From the NCBI GenBank assembly GCA_951406725.2, contig OX597815.1, positions 95,108,001-95,172,000 on the forward strand: a DNA stretch of 64,000 nucleotides, given 5' to 3'. Of the stretch, positions 1 through 12,439 are shown piece after piece. Origin of the DNA: Octopus vulgaris. Lineage: Eukaryota. The notes beneath the pieces were generated by a model that worked only from the letters and a program-made list of their open reading frames with translations, was not told the DNA's origin and did no database searches. The translations under genes were made by a program, and so were the position numbers. Position 1 is the stretch's first letter, and each line of letters starts with the position of its first letter.

Positions 1-139
1 GAAATGAAAGAAAAGAAAAGGGCACGTAAAATACAACCAAATATGAATTTAATTGGTCAACAATAAACACGCAGCCAGAATAAGTGATGCTACTTTTTGG
101 TTACCTCACCCCCATTAAAATATTGGGTTATCTACCCTC

Positions 140-290
140 TTGTTTCTCTCTTTGTTTCTTTCTGTGTTCCTTTCTGTGGAAGAGCGTAGGCTCGAAACGT
201 TAGAGACTTTTTCAATTCCCGAGCGTTATACTAATACATCTGTTTTTTTCTATACCACCAGTCTTTGTCTTTTGTTTTTTCGTGAATTCT

Positions 291-293
<3 letters not shown>
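140..293 (+). mobile_element. Short Penelope-LTR/retrozyme-like repeat, family A copy 1, 3' end abutting (TA)n
   Basis: Very similar to 53355-53468 (+) and to the reverse complement of 56461-56620; carries a hammerhead-like motif. Confidence 0.6.
170..205 (+). ncRNA. Minimal type I hammerhead ribozyme-like motif (atypical core)
   Basis: CUUU-[CUGUGGA-A]-GAGC(GUAG)GCUC-GAAA-CG-UU-AGAG: stem I, stem II and palindromic ACGU in place of helix III; A6 replaced by U. Confidence 0.5.
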
Positions 294-359
<66 letters not shown>

Positions 360-376
360 GTGTGCGCGCGCGCGTG
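294..376. repeat. Compound microsatellite (TA)n(TG)n(CG)n
   Basis: Direct reading. Confidence 0.95.
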
Positions 377-599
377 TATTCACGTTTGGAAATGTAGATA
401 TACACAAGAATCGTACAGTAAAATTGATGGTCCACCGTATTTAAGATGAATTTTTACTCCAAAGTGTAAGCGATGGAATCATATCTCAAGGAATTCCACT
501 TGAAAAGAATAAATGAGCTATATCGTGCACTTCAAGTTTGAACTATTCCCTTAAAACAAAGAAGGAACTTTTCTGTGACCCTGTCAGCTTCTGATAAAC

Positions 600-1480
600 T
601 ATGTTTGCTTAATGTCCTGACTTCCAAAGTAGAATCTGGTAGAGTTGCATGGACTCATGTCATTAAACATAGAGCATTTATCCCAAGTGTAATGACAATC
701 TCCCAATGATCTGAGTGCATGCTCTTATAAACAATGCAACCTCCCCATTTCAGCAAGTTACAAAACGTCTTCGCTCCAAACAATTGTACCTTTCGTAGTA
801 GATGCGAGCTGAGTGATATTCTGATAAGATCAATGGGTAGAGATTTATGCAGCGCTAATCACAAGTTTAGCATTTGTAAAATAACATTGATATTTGGAAG
901 CTGAATATGCACTCAGAGCAAACATTTCTAAGATGGCTACAGAGAGTTGAATCGCAAATAATTATCATTTAAAAATGAAACCATCTGAAACCACCTGTGA
1001 AAAACTAAATAAAGTATTCCTGAAGGACTAAACAATCAATACTGAAAATGTAGAGACATGATGGTCTTCACACACTAAAAAAAAAAAGATTTATGAATCT
1101 ATGCAGGTGGCTTAATGAGCCATCGAAGCTCGTTCTGCCAGGATTGATTTGATAAAAATAACAAAATAATCAAATGAAGATTTTAAGAAAAAAAAGAAGC
1201 TAAATATGCTACCTGCATTTACCGCCCCACCCCCAGAGCAACAAAAGAGCTCAGTGTAAAAACTAATGATCTTAGAGTAAACGTGTTCTCTTCCAAGAAA
1301 AAAAGTATGGTGCATGTATAATGACTGAACTGGAGAAAGGCTTCGGAAGACACAAATAATGCACAAGCCTTCTTTGGATTCCGTTGTGAAATCTATGGCT
1401 CCGCTACCTTGGAAGTTTCATCCCTCTTTACAGCAGATGGAAATATATCATACACAAAGAAGGGCTATGTGGGAAATGGT
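600..1480 (+). pseudogene. Highly decayed hAT (Charlie/Buster-like) transposase relic
   Basis: Fragmentary translations VAWTHVIKHRA (cf. THCxIHR), LEAEY..LRWL (cf. HTEVRWL) and SMQ(G) occur in the expected order; many stops and frameshifts. Confidence 0.4.
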
Positions 1481-1580
1481 TAAGCACATAAAATGTTCTG
1501 GACAGATATTCAAATTAAATTAGGATCTGTTATAATCTTGTGCAGATTCCAATCTCCCAAACCACCTTACGTATATATAT

Positions 1581-1682
1581 AGGAAAACTATAATTTCCAC
1601 TAAATGTGACTAGGGTGCTAGAAACACCTAAATTGCTTGAAATAGCACCCTAGTCACATTTAGGGATAATTATAGTCTTCTT
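1581..1682. repeat. Inverted repeat / hairpin
   Basis: TAAATGTGACTAGGGTGCTA (1601-1620) is the perfect reverse complement of 1643-1662; imperfect pairing extends the arms to about 40 bp. Confidence 0.9.
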
Positions 1683-1724
1683 TTTTGGTAAAACACTGGA
1701 GACTGCTGTCTATATTAATATTCT

Positions 1725-1729
1725 GTATG

Positions 1730-1799
<70 letters not shown>

Positions 1800-1839
1800 C
1801 GTGCGTGCTTTTGTGTGTGTGTGTGTGCGTGCGTGTGTG

Positions 1840-1877
<38 letters not shown>
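1725..1877. repeat. (TA)n(TG)n microsatellite
   Basis: Direct reading. Confidence 0.95.
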
Positions 1878-1878
<1 letters not shown>

Positions 1879-3120
1879 TTGAATATAATTTTGTAGATAT
1901 ATTTCCAATGTTTATTATTTTGGGGATGTTAAATATTTTTCCTACTTTTCACACAACATGGATTTAGAGATTATGTGTATTTTCCAAAATAATATGAAAA
2001 TAATACCGCATAACTGCTTATTAATACCAATACTGTCGTATTATTTCTCTTTTGAAGTTTGGAATAAAACACACGACTTAAGTTGTTTGGGCTTAGCGTA
2101 TTTTTCAATGATTGATAGTAAATGCGGATCTGCAATTGATGCCTCACTTCACAATTTTCGTACATCATTGTTACTTCTTTGATTTTCTCTTACATCTTTA
2201 AATATTCAGAATAAATTGCAGTCAAATGTGTTTTCTTGAACATAGAAGAGAATATTCAGCTCGATTAGACAAATACGCCTAAATCATGAGAACCAGGTCA
2301 TCCAGCAACAATTCGTGCAACTAGTGAGAAGTAATAAGGAAACTCTTAAACTGTAAAAGAAAAAAAGAAAAAATTGTGGAATTCTTTTGAAAAAACTTTC
2401 TCTATTTTGAAACACAGAGATCTTGGTTCAAAATTTTGAGGTCATGATCTGTGCTTTCACAAATCTAGTTAAGATGTTACATAAAAAACGGAAAAAGAAA
2501 TCTGTCGTAGATTTAATATACAATGTATACGTGTAGGGAAATTACGTAACCTACTACACAACATTAATTCCTGAGACTGTATATCTCATATATATTGGAT
2601 GATAAGCTGTTGTATCGGAAGGCTCTTACAATCACTGCTATATATGCGTATGTGTATGTGTATGTGCATGTGTGTGAGTATGTGTGTGAGTGAATGGGTA
2701 TGTTTGTGTTTGCGTGTGTCTGTTATTGATATTCAGCTTGTAGGTATTAATAAATGATATATTTTTCAGTTGAGAAACAAGGATCAGTTCTCTTTAACTT
2801 TTATTGTCTTCCGTTTACCATGTATAATGACTTACAAGATGATACAAATAGATCAATGCTTAATGAGGTCCTTAACACATGTATATAGTAGAATAATAAA
2901 AAGACAGTTGTTGGAACAGTATTATATATTTGAAGAAATGGGATAATTTTTGGTGGGGGGGGGATAATAATAAAGTGTACTGTGAGTTCCTCTGGTATGA
3001 GTTTCAAGCTTCAAATGGCCGCTTGAAACTGGAAAATGTATGCTTTACTGGTTGCTTAAACAGCAAAAAATTTACATATATATAAATATATATAAAAAAA
3101 GAATACGAAAGCATGTGTGT

Positions 3121-3127
3121 AGAAGAA

Positions 3128-3162
<35 letters not shown>

Positions 3163-3245
3163 AGAAGAAGAAGAAGAAGAAGAAGAAGAAGGAGAAGAAG
3201 AAGAAGAAGAAGAAGTACAAGAAGAATAAGAAGAGGAAGAAAAAG
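3121..3245. repeat. (GAA)n microsatellite
   Basis: Direct reading; explains the poly-Arg, poly-Ser and poly-Phe ORFs. Confidence 0.95.
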
Positions 3246-3769
3246 TAGAAAAGTGAGGAGGGGAGGAGAAGAAGGACGAGAGGTGAAGAAGACGAAAGGG
3301 GGGAAAAAGTAAATAAAATAATGCTAAAAATAAAAATAACGATAAAGACAATAAGGATAGGACTAATAGTAATTGAGAACAAGAATAAAACATAGAATAT
3401 TTTGGAGTGATTAATATTGTTAAAAGTGACCTCATTTGAGGTCACCTATTCAGTTCTCACACATGGTATGGTGTACACACACACACATATATGCATAAAC
3501 ACGTACATACATATACATACACACATACACGTACATATATATACACATACGCATACATTCATAGGTATGCACACATACATACACACACAGATATATACAT
3601 ATATATATATATACGTACACAACTACATATATACACACATATACACACATACAAATTAACAAATACATGCATATACATACACACATATATGCACATCTAC
3701 ACTTAAGATAATTATGTTCTTTTTTAATTTAATTTAAATGGTCATCTATCTAGACCATTTAATATTCGA

Positions 3770-5004
3770 CACATGAAGAGGCAGGCCCATGCCATCCATA
3801 AGCGTCACCATTGTGGGACACTGGACCGACGGACCGGTTAAAATGCTCGGTGTCTGGTTCGGATCGGACATCCAAATAGAGAAGAACTGGGACGAGATAA
3901 CGAGTAAGGTGGCCACTTTCACCCAGCAATGGGCCGAGGAAAACTATTCCTAAAAGGTCGGTCGGAGGTGGCGAACACGAACATCACATCCGTCATCTAT
4001 TACCGCATGACCATCGTGCTTTGTCCCGACCCTACCATCACCAAACTGGAACACATGCTCTTCCGCTTTTTTGGGAAGGGAAACGTCTCGACGTTTAGGC
4101 GATCCATTTGCTGTCAACACTCGCTAAATGGAGGTCTGGGCATGCCGTGGTTGATGATTCGCAAACATGCGCTGAGACTACGCCACCTCCGGAGCTTCGT
4201 AGAGGACGGTGAATAGGTGTGGTCGTTGCTTGTGAGACGCGCTTTCCCGCAGCTCGTCTCTTTGGACGAACTGCAGTCATGGATCAAACGGAGACCGAGG
4301 CTAGGCGAATGGCACCGCGAGTGCCGCCTTGCTCTCAAGCAACTTTGCCGTCCGGGACCAAACTTGTGCTACTTCAATTCCACGAAGAGGATTAGTGGAG
4401 GTGAGGATTGACGACGTTCTTGGGGAGAATCTGGGCGTCGACCGGGAACACCTGATCCGCCTCTTCAGGACAACTTTCGGGCCGGGACCTATGGACAATC
4501 ACTAGAGATCATTGGCTTGGCAATGCTATCGGGAAGCATTGCTCGTTTGGGATAAGCTCTACAAGCACGGTTCGAGATACACCGGACCGACTTGCCCAAG
4601 ATGCGATCAGAGCAACGAAACCGTTCTGCACGCACTCGTGCAGTATCCAACCATTTCGGACCTGTGGGCTTATGTCGAACGGCTGCTATCACGTGTGGGA
4701 CGATTTCTGTTATCGGCCGAGTCTATCGTTAAGGCAAGGTAGTTTTCATTGTATTGGTGGCTATGGTGTAGGAATGTGTGTGGTGGACTCGTGCGAAAGG
4801 TTTAGGAGACAAACACTTTCCTCTCTAGCCAATCGCTCATCAACTTTTTCAAGTTCCACTTGATAAGGAAGGTGAGAATAGAGAGGGACGTTTTGTCCAT
4901 AAAAGTTTCAATAAAATGTGGATGAGTGTAGCAAAGATGGTTCGCGTAAATGACAAAACCGCTTTAAGCATGATCCTGTAAATCCAAGGGAGAGAGAGAG
5001 AGAG

Positions 5005-5035
<31 letters not shown>

Positions 5036-5293
5036 GAGGGAGAGAGTGAGCGCTTGTCTCTCATGTCTTACTTTCCCTGTTTGAGATTACCGTAGTCTTT
5101 TCTTTTGGTTTTTCTTTCTACGAATAAACCACTTTTACATGTTTACGCCGCTTCTTTATGTTGTTTACACGTCACAAACGCTTTCGATCCCTTTTGATCG
5201 TTTTTTTTTTTCGTTTTTCTTTATTTCGAAAAGAAATGTTCAACTTCGTATTGCCCGTCTGTGTTCGGCCCTGCGCGGCTAATATAGAAAGAT
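3770..5293 (+). mobile_element. 5'-truncated L1/Tx1-clade LINE: ORF2 thumb plus CCHC zinc-finger region and 3' UTR
   Basis: Frameshifted translation KMLGVWFG..EKNWDEITSKV..W..RKLFLKGR..GGLGMP..LAWQCYREAL..TCPRCDQSNETVLHAL; followed by (TATC)n. Confidence 0.85.
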
Positions 5294-5309
5294 ATCTACC
5301 CATTAATCA

Positions 5310-5365
<56 letters not shown>

Positions 5366-5366
5366 G

Positions 5367-5458
<92 letters not shown>
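5310..5458. repeat. (TATC)n microsatellite
   Basis: Direct reading. Confidence 0.95.
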
Positions 5459-5639
5459 ACCATCTGTCAGTCTGTCTGCCTGTACAATTTATTTAGACAG
5501 CAGTAAGCAAATGTGTACCAACAAGGAGAACTATAACTATCATTAAATATGACTGTTGTTGTTATAAATACCTATATTACTAGAAATGAAAGCTAAATGC
5601 TCTAATGATACGGTCAAAATGTATAATCGGTAAATCATC

Positions 5640-6206
5640 CATAGATTTCTATGGCGTAGATATATATTTTGAGAGTGATCATCGTCCGGAATCAGCCGAG
5701 TCGGGCCGCTCCTATTGAAGAGGCTACGGCAAAAGCCGAACCTGACCGATCAGTCTCAACCACTACTTCTCGGGTGATTGCGGTCCCTGTCAGCATGTAG
5801 ATATACAATTATGGGCTTTGAGTGTAGCATTATAGCCGTTTAGCCCTTCTTTCTGGTAATGTAGGTGTTTTTAACACCTTCAGTCATATTTAATGATGGT
5901 TATAGGTCTCCTTGGTAGACATTTCCTTCCCGCTGCCTAAATAAATTATTTGTATATACATTAGCGATTCGCTAAAACATACATAGATTTCTATGGCTTA
6001 GATATATATGCTGAGAGTGATCGTCGTCTGGAATCAGCCGAGTCGGACCGATCCCACTAAAGAGGCTACGGCAAAAGCCAAAACTGACCGATTAGTCTGG
6101 GAATATCTTGAACGCTGCTTGTATGTATACAATTATGTGCTTTGACTGCGGCATTATAGCGTTAAGATCTTATTTTTAGCAATTTAGGTGTTTATAACAC
6201 CCTCAG
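5640..6206. repeat. Diverged tandem duplication, period about 342 bp
   Basis: Both units start CATAGATTTCTATGG (5640, 5982) and share GAGAGTGATC..GGAATCAGCCGAGTCGG..AGAGGCTACGGCAAAAGCC..TATACAATTATG..TAACACC. Confidence 0.85.
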
Positions 6207-6243
<37 letters not shown>

Positions 6244-7098
6244 AAATCGCATTCATTCACACTAGTAATTCAGTATATTGATTTTAGATCTAAACACAAG
6301 GCTGTCAGTTTGGGATATAAGCGCAGTCCGCATGACAGAACCAGTACTCAGTTGATGCTTCAAATAAGAACAACATAATTTGTCTCGTCAGTATTTGAAA
6401 TAAGAACGTAATGTGATGCAACTAAAAACTGCAAAAAGAAATAAAGAAAGCAATTCTATCTCGTTCTTCTAATTTTGCCAATGCACCAGTTGGGATATAT
6501 TGATTTTTCACACAGGCTGAAACGTGATTTGCACAAGAAAGGAAAGATAGGAAATCAGTGCAGACCTAATCATTAAGCTATGAAAATATAAAAGAATGAT
6601 ACTCAGAGGAAGTTGGACATTTTTACCACAGCTAATACATGGAATAATTAAGGATTCTTTTACTTGCATCCGATTAACATGCGGCCAATGTCAAATAGGC
6701 AGCAACCTTGGATGTATTGACTCAGTTTGCTCGGACAGGTTTTCACGCATGCGTAGGTGAAATACTCTTGTGTATTTCATTTTTCATATGACATTTTCCT
6801 TTAATTTCATGACATTTTCCTTTAATTTTAACAATTATCTCGTTAGATATGTTTAATTTACAACAAATTTATAACGCTGTCTTATTATAACGCTGTCTTT
6901 ATAACTCTATTGGTTCTCATATAACCTTTTCGTCTCTATTCACATGTTTTCGTTTTGTCTATTAATAGTATCATTAATGGTAAATATTGTTGTTGTTTTT
7001 CATATCTAATATTTTAAGGAAAAAGAATAAAACAGAGAAACTACAGTAACTTTTCAGGAACTCTAAGACTGCTGGGAGGAATTGAGGACATTACTTAC

Positions 7099-7175
7099 AT
7101 CCGTAGTTTTGATGCGTGTGGATTTTACTAAAGGCATTCAAGTAAAAAAATATTCGATGGATTAAGTTCAACAGT
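7099..7175 (-). other. Candidate spliced exon (77 nt)
   Basis: Acceptor tttctgttcacAG and donor GTAAGT; no recognised homology. Confidence 0.3.
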
Positions 7176-8882
7176 CTGTGAACAGAAACGATTTCTACTA
7201 GCAATTACGCTGTTCCATTTAACAAATATAGCATGCAAGTATTTGGTCGACTTGAGGCTATGACAGAAAATACTTAACCAAGTTCCTCTGCAATGGAATT
7301 GAACACAAAAGCACAAAGTTTCGAAGTGAACTACTTGAGCAATCAATCGTGTCTGCATTCACACGGATTTCCTTTGCACTGCTGCAATATGTCACCTGAG
7401 GGTAACGAAGGAGGAGACACTGTTTAAGTGACATATTACTACCACATTGAGTTACTTGACGTCAAGTAAAACTGGTCGACGCGGTTTTTCTTTCTCCTAG
7501 CTTCTACAAAATATATAGATACCGGCTTTATATTCTTTGTAAAACATTGACAATAATAAGTCACCGGCTAAGTTGTCGATTAGTATTTCATCAATATTCC
7601 CTAATGTTACTGTATATTATTTCTGATACGTATTTTTGCCCCTGTCTTCTTCGCCTTATGATCATATGTATTTATAAATATATATTCTATACCTCCTAAT
7701 TCTCGTGCTTTTTCTCCAGATATCCAATGTCAACTTCTCAGATGGTATTAAGTTCTTTCTTTTCCAATATCTACAAGCATTGACGCTCTCTCTTTTCTCC
7801 AGATACCGATACCACTTCGTTCTGTCGATACCGATAATCGTTTGTATTGCCAAATGTCGAACATATTTTGTTTATGCTGTTTCAAAAGATTAATATTTTC
7901 ATCTTTTGCTGAATATCTTTTCGTTATGGTTTCATTTTCATTTATTTTTATGTATGTCACTTTGTTGCTGAGTCATACCACTTTGGATTAGCACTGCTTT
8001 TATACTGTGCCTGCAGCGGATGGTGTACTTTCTAATGAAATTACTGTGCTTAGAGTTCCAGATTACTGTAAATCAATTTTTATCAGTGTTTCCCAGAATG
8101 TGTTTTAGTTTCCACAATTACAAGTGGCGCTTTATTAAGACATCATACCAAAGGAGGACGAAAGTTATAGCATTACGTAAAATTACATTGTCATACTAAA
8201 CTACATCTGATTATACGTGATCCACCCTGATAACTTGCAATTAACAGGTGCTGTATATTGATATCAGTCATATTTGGTTTTCTTATGTATATTGCTGTAA
8301 TTACAAGTTAGAAACACTTTGTTTTATGGTTCATTAAAACTCAAGCGTAGAATGTACATGAATTTGACACTGAATTATAATTTCTCATTATACATTATTT
8401 CTTCTTTCATTTTCACCGTTCATTTTCTGTAACAAAGAGAGTGGTGCCGCGGAAAATAATATCAACACACATGTAAATAGTTCTATATCTTAAAGAGAAC
8501 GCAAAATTAAATAGCTTAATGTTTCCATTGGGATACACTTATGAAAGGGTGGATTTGATACGATTTTCCATAAGTCATTGGATAATGTGCACAGAATATG
8601 ACCTTATATTATGGAGATAGGTATGTATCTCGTATTTTCTAAAATGTAATGATGACCGCTACTCAGAATCTATCACGGTAATTCATATTTTGGATGCACA
8701 TGGGGACTTACTAAGAAACGAATGGACAAGTAAACAATTTTTGTTAAGAATTTTCGGCTTCGATCCCAATATTTATCACCAATAAGTAGTTTTTCCATAG
8801 TAGCCTCAGATTTGAACATAGCAGTTAGAAGAAGAAAAAAACCGATGCTTTTCAGAGGAAAACCGAGCATCTTAAAACTTAC

Positions 8883-8937
8883 CTCGCCACAGTCGCCGTC
8901 AGAAATGTAATGAAATACTGATCGATGCATTGGATAC
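8883..8937 (-). other. Candidate spliced exon (55 nt)
   Basis: Acceptor gtttggtacAG and strong donor GAG|GTAAGT; two frames open. Confidence 0.35.
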
Positions 8938-9295
8938 CTGTACCAAACACACCTTTGCAATATAAGTTACACACACGCACACACGCACGCACACACACAC
9001 ACACACACACGCACGCAAACACAAGCGTGAGTGCGCACACACGCACACATGTATAAACACGATCTTTACGATCCTTAACAGGAACGTCTTACAAAGTAAA
9101 AGAATATATTTTATATATTCCAGTACAGATGTTTTGCTTAGCGATGGGAAATGGCTTTATGATTCCATAGTTCATTAAGAAAATTATTTTAAATGTATTT
9201 TTAGTATTTGAATGCATGTTTTTGTATGTGTTGTATGTAAATTATGAGACCTTTGTCATTTAAGAAGCTAGTTCATTATGTAATAGTTCAACAAA

Positions 9296-9670
9296 GTGGT
9301 GAGATGGCAGAACCTTTAGCACGCAGGACGAAATGCTTAGTGACATTTCGCCCGTCTTTACGTCGAGAGTTTGAATTCCATCAAGGTCGACTATGCTTTT
9401 CGTCCTCTTGGCGTCGATAAAGTAAGTATCAGCCGAAAACTAAGGTCGATGCAATCGAATGGCTCCCTACCCCAAATATTTCAAGCCTTGTGACTATAGT
9501 CGAAACGATTATTTAATAGTTCAAGGAATTGTAATGCAGCAATCTGACAGAATCGTTAGCCGTTCATCCTTTCTGAATTAATAAAACAGTTACCAGTTGG
9601 GCACTGGGGTCGATGTATTCGACTTATCCTCTCCCGCGAAATTGCTGGTCTTGTGACAATATGAAATCAT
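9296..9670 (+). mobile_element. tRNA-derived SINE family 1 (octopus OK-like): one near-full copy plus an internally deleted copy
   Basis: Box A/B-like head TGGCAGAA..GAGTTTGAATTCC and central GGTCGAC..CTTTTCGTCC..GTCGATAAAGTAAGTA; matches 30856, 47087 and 48460. Confidence 0.8.
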
Positions 9671-10153
9671 TATCTCACGGTATCTCGATATCTCGATATT
9701 ATCGCAGTAATTATAATTTCAATTTCTATGCGATACTTCTGGTATTTCTAGTTTCATGACCTTTGAAATATGTGTTTTATAGATAAATCATCATTTGGCA
9801 TTGTTCAACACATTAGGGAAAACAAAGTTTTGTTTGATGCTCTTTGAAAATGATATTGGACTTAAATTTCCTTTGTTAGTGTGAGTCGGAATATTTTGCA
9901 ACAATTTTTTGATATGCAGCCGTAGCTACTTTGCATACGGAATGGTGTGCAACTTAAGCATATGACATATGCAGTGTACGCACAGAATTACGCAGTATAT
10001 AAAATATACACATTACACACACAATCACACAATATATAAGATATACAACATGCACACATTATCACACAATATACAACATACAAACATGAGCACACGCACA
10101 CATTCATACATACATACATACATACATACATACATACATACATACATACATAC

Positions 10154-10480
10154 CACAACAGGCCTGATATAATAATTTGGGATAGAGAAGAGAAACTGTG
10201 TTCAGCTGTGGAAATTAGCTTCCCAACGGATGTTAAAATAAAGCTGAAGATCAGTGAAAATACGCTGAACATACGCTGAACTATTGAGAAATATGCAGTT
10301 ACTCTATCCAGATTACAAGATCAGGTCTGTATCTGTAAGTATTGGAACCCTAGGATATGTAACACACACGGCCTAAATACCAATCTTAAGAAATTAGGCT
10401 TCTGAAAGCCAGAAAGGAGAAAGCTAATTCGAAGACTACAGATCCAATCCATCACTGTAAAAACCAGAAGTATCATTTAA
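10154..10480 (+). mobile_element. 3' fragment of an RLE-type (R4/NeSL-like) LINE embedded in (CATA)n
   Basis: HNRPDIIIWDREEKLCSAVEISFP restriction-like endonuclease motif; homologous to about 60300-60650. Confidence 0.8.
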
Positions 10481-11499
10481 ATGTATATGAACATGTCTTG
10501 ATAAGCAATTACATGCATGAGAATACATACCTAAAGCAAAACATACAAATCTGCAGATATACATACATCAAGCATTCATACATGCATGCATGCATACATA
10601 CATATATCCATACATATATACATACATACTAACAAAAATACTTTGTTGATGTTGAAATTCCAATGAAGGAGCCTTGGATGTAGATTAGAAATCGAGTCTT
10701 CATCTATTGGCAAGTACTCTTGAAATAAAACGGAACAATCACATACATATATACATGCATACATACATACCTACATACATACATACATACATATATACAT
10801 ACATACATAAATACATACATATATACATATATACATACATACATACATACATAGATACATACATACATACATACATACATGCATACATGCATACATATAT
10901 GCACAGAAACATCCACATACACGTGGGTACACGCACACTCAAACTCACACACTTAAATGCATGTGTGCTTTTAAGTTTATAATCTAAGCGTGTGTAATTC
11001 GGTGTGAGCAGGGTCGCTCATATAACATTTAACTGTAACTGTATTCCTCAGTATGGGAATTGACTATCTCTCGATAAACTACCGTAAATCTATAATATTC
11101 TTGAATTATATTCTCTACCCATATATGATATATTCCTTTGTGATATATTACTTTATTTCTTTTGTAAAAATGCTTTGATCTTCAAAAAAACTTCTGTCTT
11201 AACTTCATGCCATGGAGTTTTCACTCAGTATGACGTTCCCAGCAGATCAACGACTTTCCAAATTTTCTGACTTTATTTATATCATAAGTTGCATTGCTAT
11301 TTCCTTTCCATTTCGTTATAGGGTTCGATTTATGATTCTCAGATAACTTTCTTTAAACTGCCGTCTTCCTTTTTCACAGAAATATGCATTACTTTAGCAT
11401 CTCTGGAAATTCAGAAGGTGTCTTCTATAACATGTTTTACGTAGATCATGTTCTTTTTCATGCTCATAAAAGTTATCATCACCGACACTCCGCTTACTC

Positions 11500-11532
11500 C
11501 CACACCAACAACAACACCACCGTCATGATCAC

Positions 11533-11563
<31 letters not shown>

Positions 11564-12240
11564 TGCACCACAACCATCATTCCCTTCATCATCTCTTCCT
11601 GCTTCTCATCTGGTGGTCGTTGTGATGTTATTGCGTTCGCTGCCACCATCCTTTTCCTCATTGGCGCGGCTACCATCATTATTGTCACAGTTGCCGCGAG
11701 CAGCGCAGCCGCTATTGCCATCAATGCTGCAGCCTGTGCTGTCGCTGCTGCTTCCGCCTCTACCGCCGCTACTTCCCTCGCAACGGCTCCTGCTGCCGAT
11801 ACCACTGGTGCTGCCTCTGCTACCGCCGCCGATTCCAATCGTGCTGCTGCCGGTGCTGCCACCAGTGCTGCCACCAGTGCTGTCACCGCCTCTGAAGTCG
11901 CCGCTGCCTCTGATGCCACCGCCTCTGACGCCGCCGCCTCTGATCTGCCGTCTTTGTCGCCGACACTGCTGCCACCACTACGGTACCGCTGTTGCAACCG
12001 CCCCTCTGCTACCGTCTCTGCAACTACTGTAGCTGCCGCCATTGCTGTCAACATTTCTGTTGTTGTCGCATTTACCGTTGCTGCCTCCGTTGGTGTCATG
12101 TTACTGCAACGTTATTGCCGGCGCCGCCGCTGTAGTCAGTTTGGTCCTTGTTGCTGCCGTCGCCGCCAACGTCGCTGTTCTCAATGCCGCATCACCGATA
12201 TCACCGCCTTCCCCATCCACGTTACCGCTGACACCGAAAC
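11500..12240. repeat. GC-rich degenerate trinucleotide tract (CAT to GCT/GCC)
   Basis: Strong 3-nt periodicity; overlapping Ala-, Pro/Leu- and Gly/Ser-rich frames on both strands. Confidence 0.8.
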
Positions 12241-12439
12241 CTCTAGTATTTCCTTCTTTTTGTCTTGTCGGAACGCTACTGACAATATTTTGAATTTTAT
12301 TTAATTCTTTTATTTTCTTCAAGATTTTACGCATTTAAGCTATTTGGTCTGTAAACCCGGTGCTCAACTGATCAATGGTGCTGATTGTTTAAATTTCCTC
12401 TTTCCTATTGAAACCGTGTTCCTTCTTTTCATTCTTCGG

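Noticed and set aside
3040-3312. Protamine-like poly-Arg ORF
   Set aside because: Explained by (GAA)n and flanking AT-rich sequence
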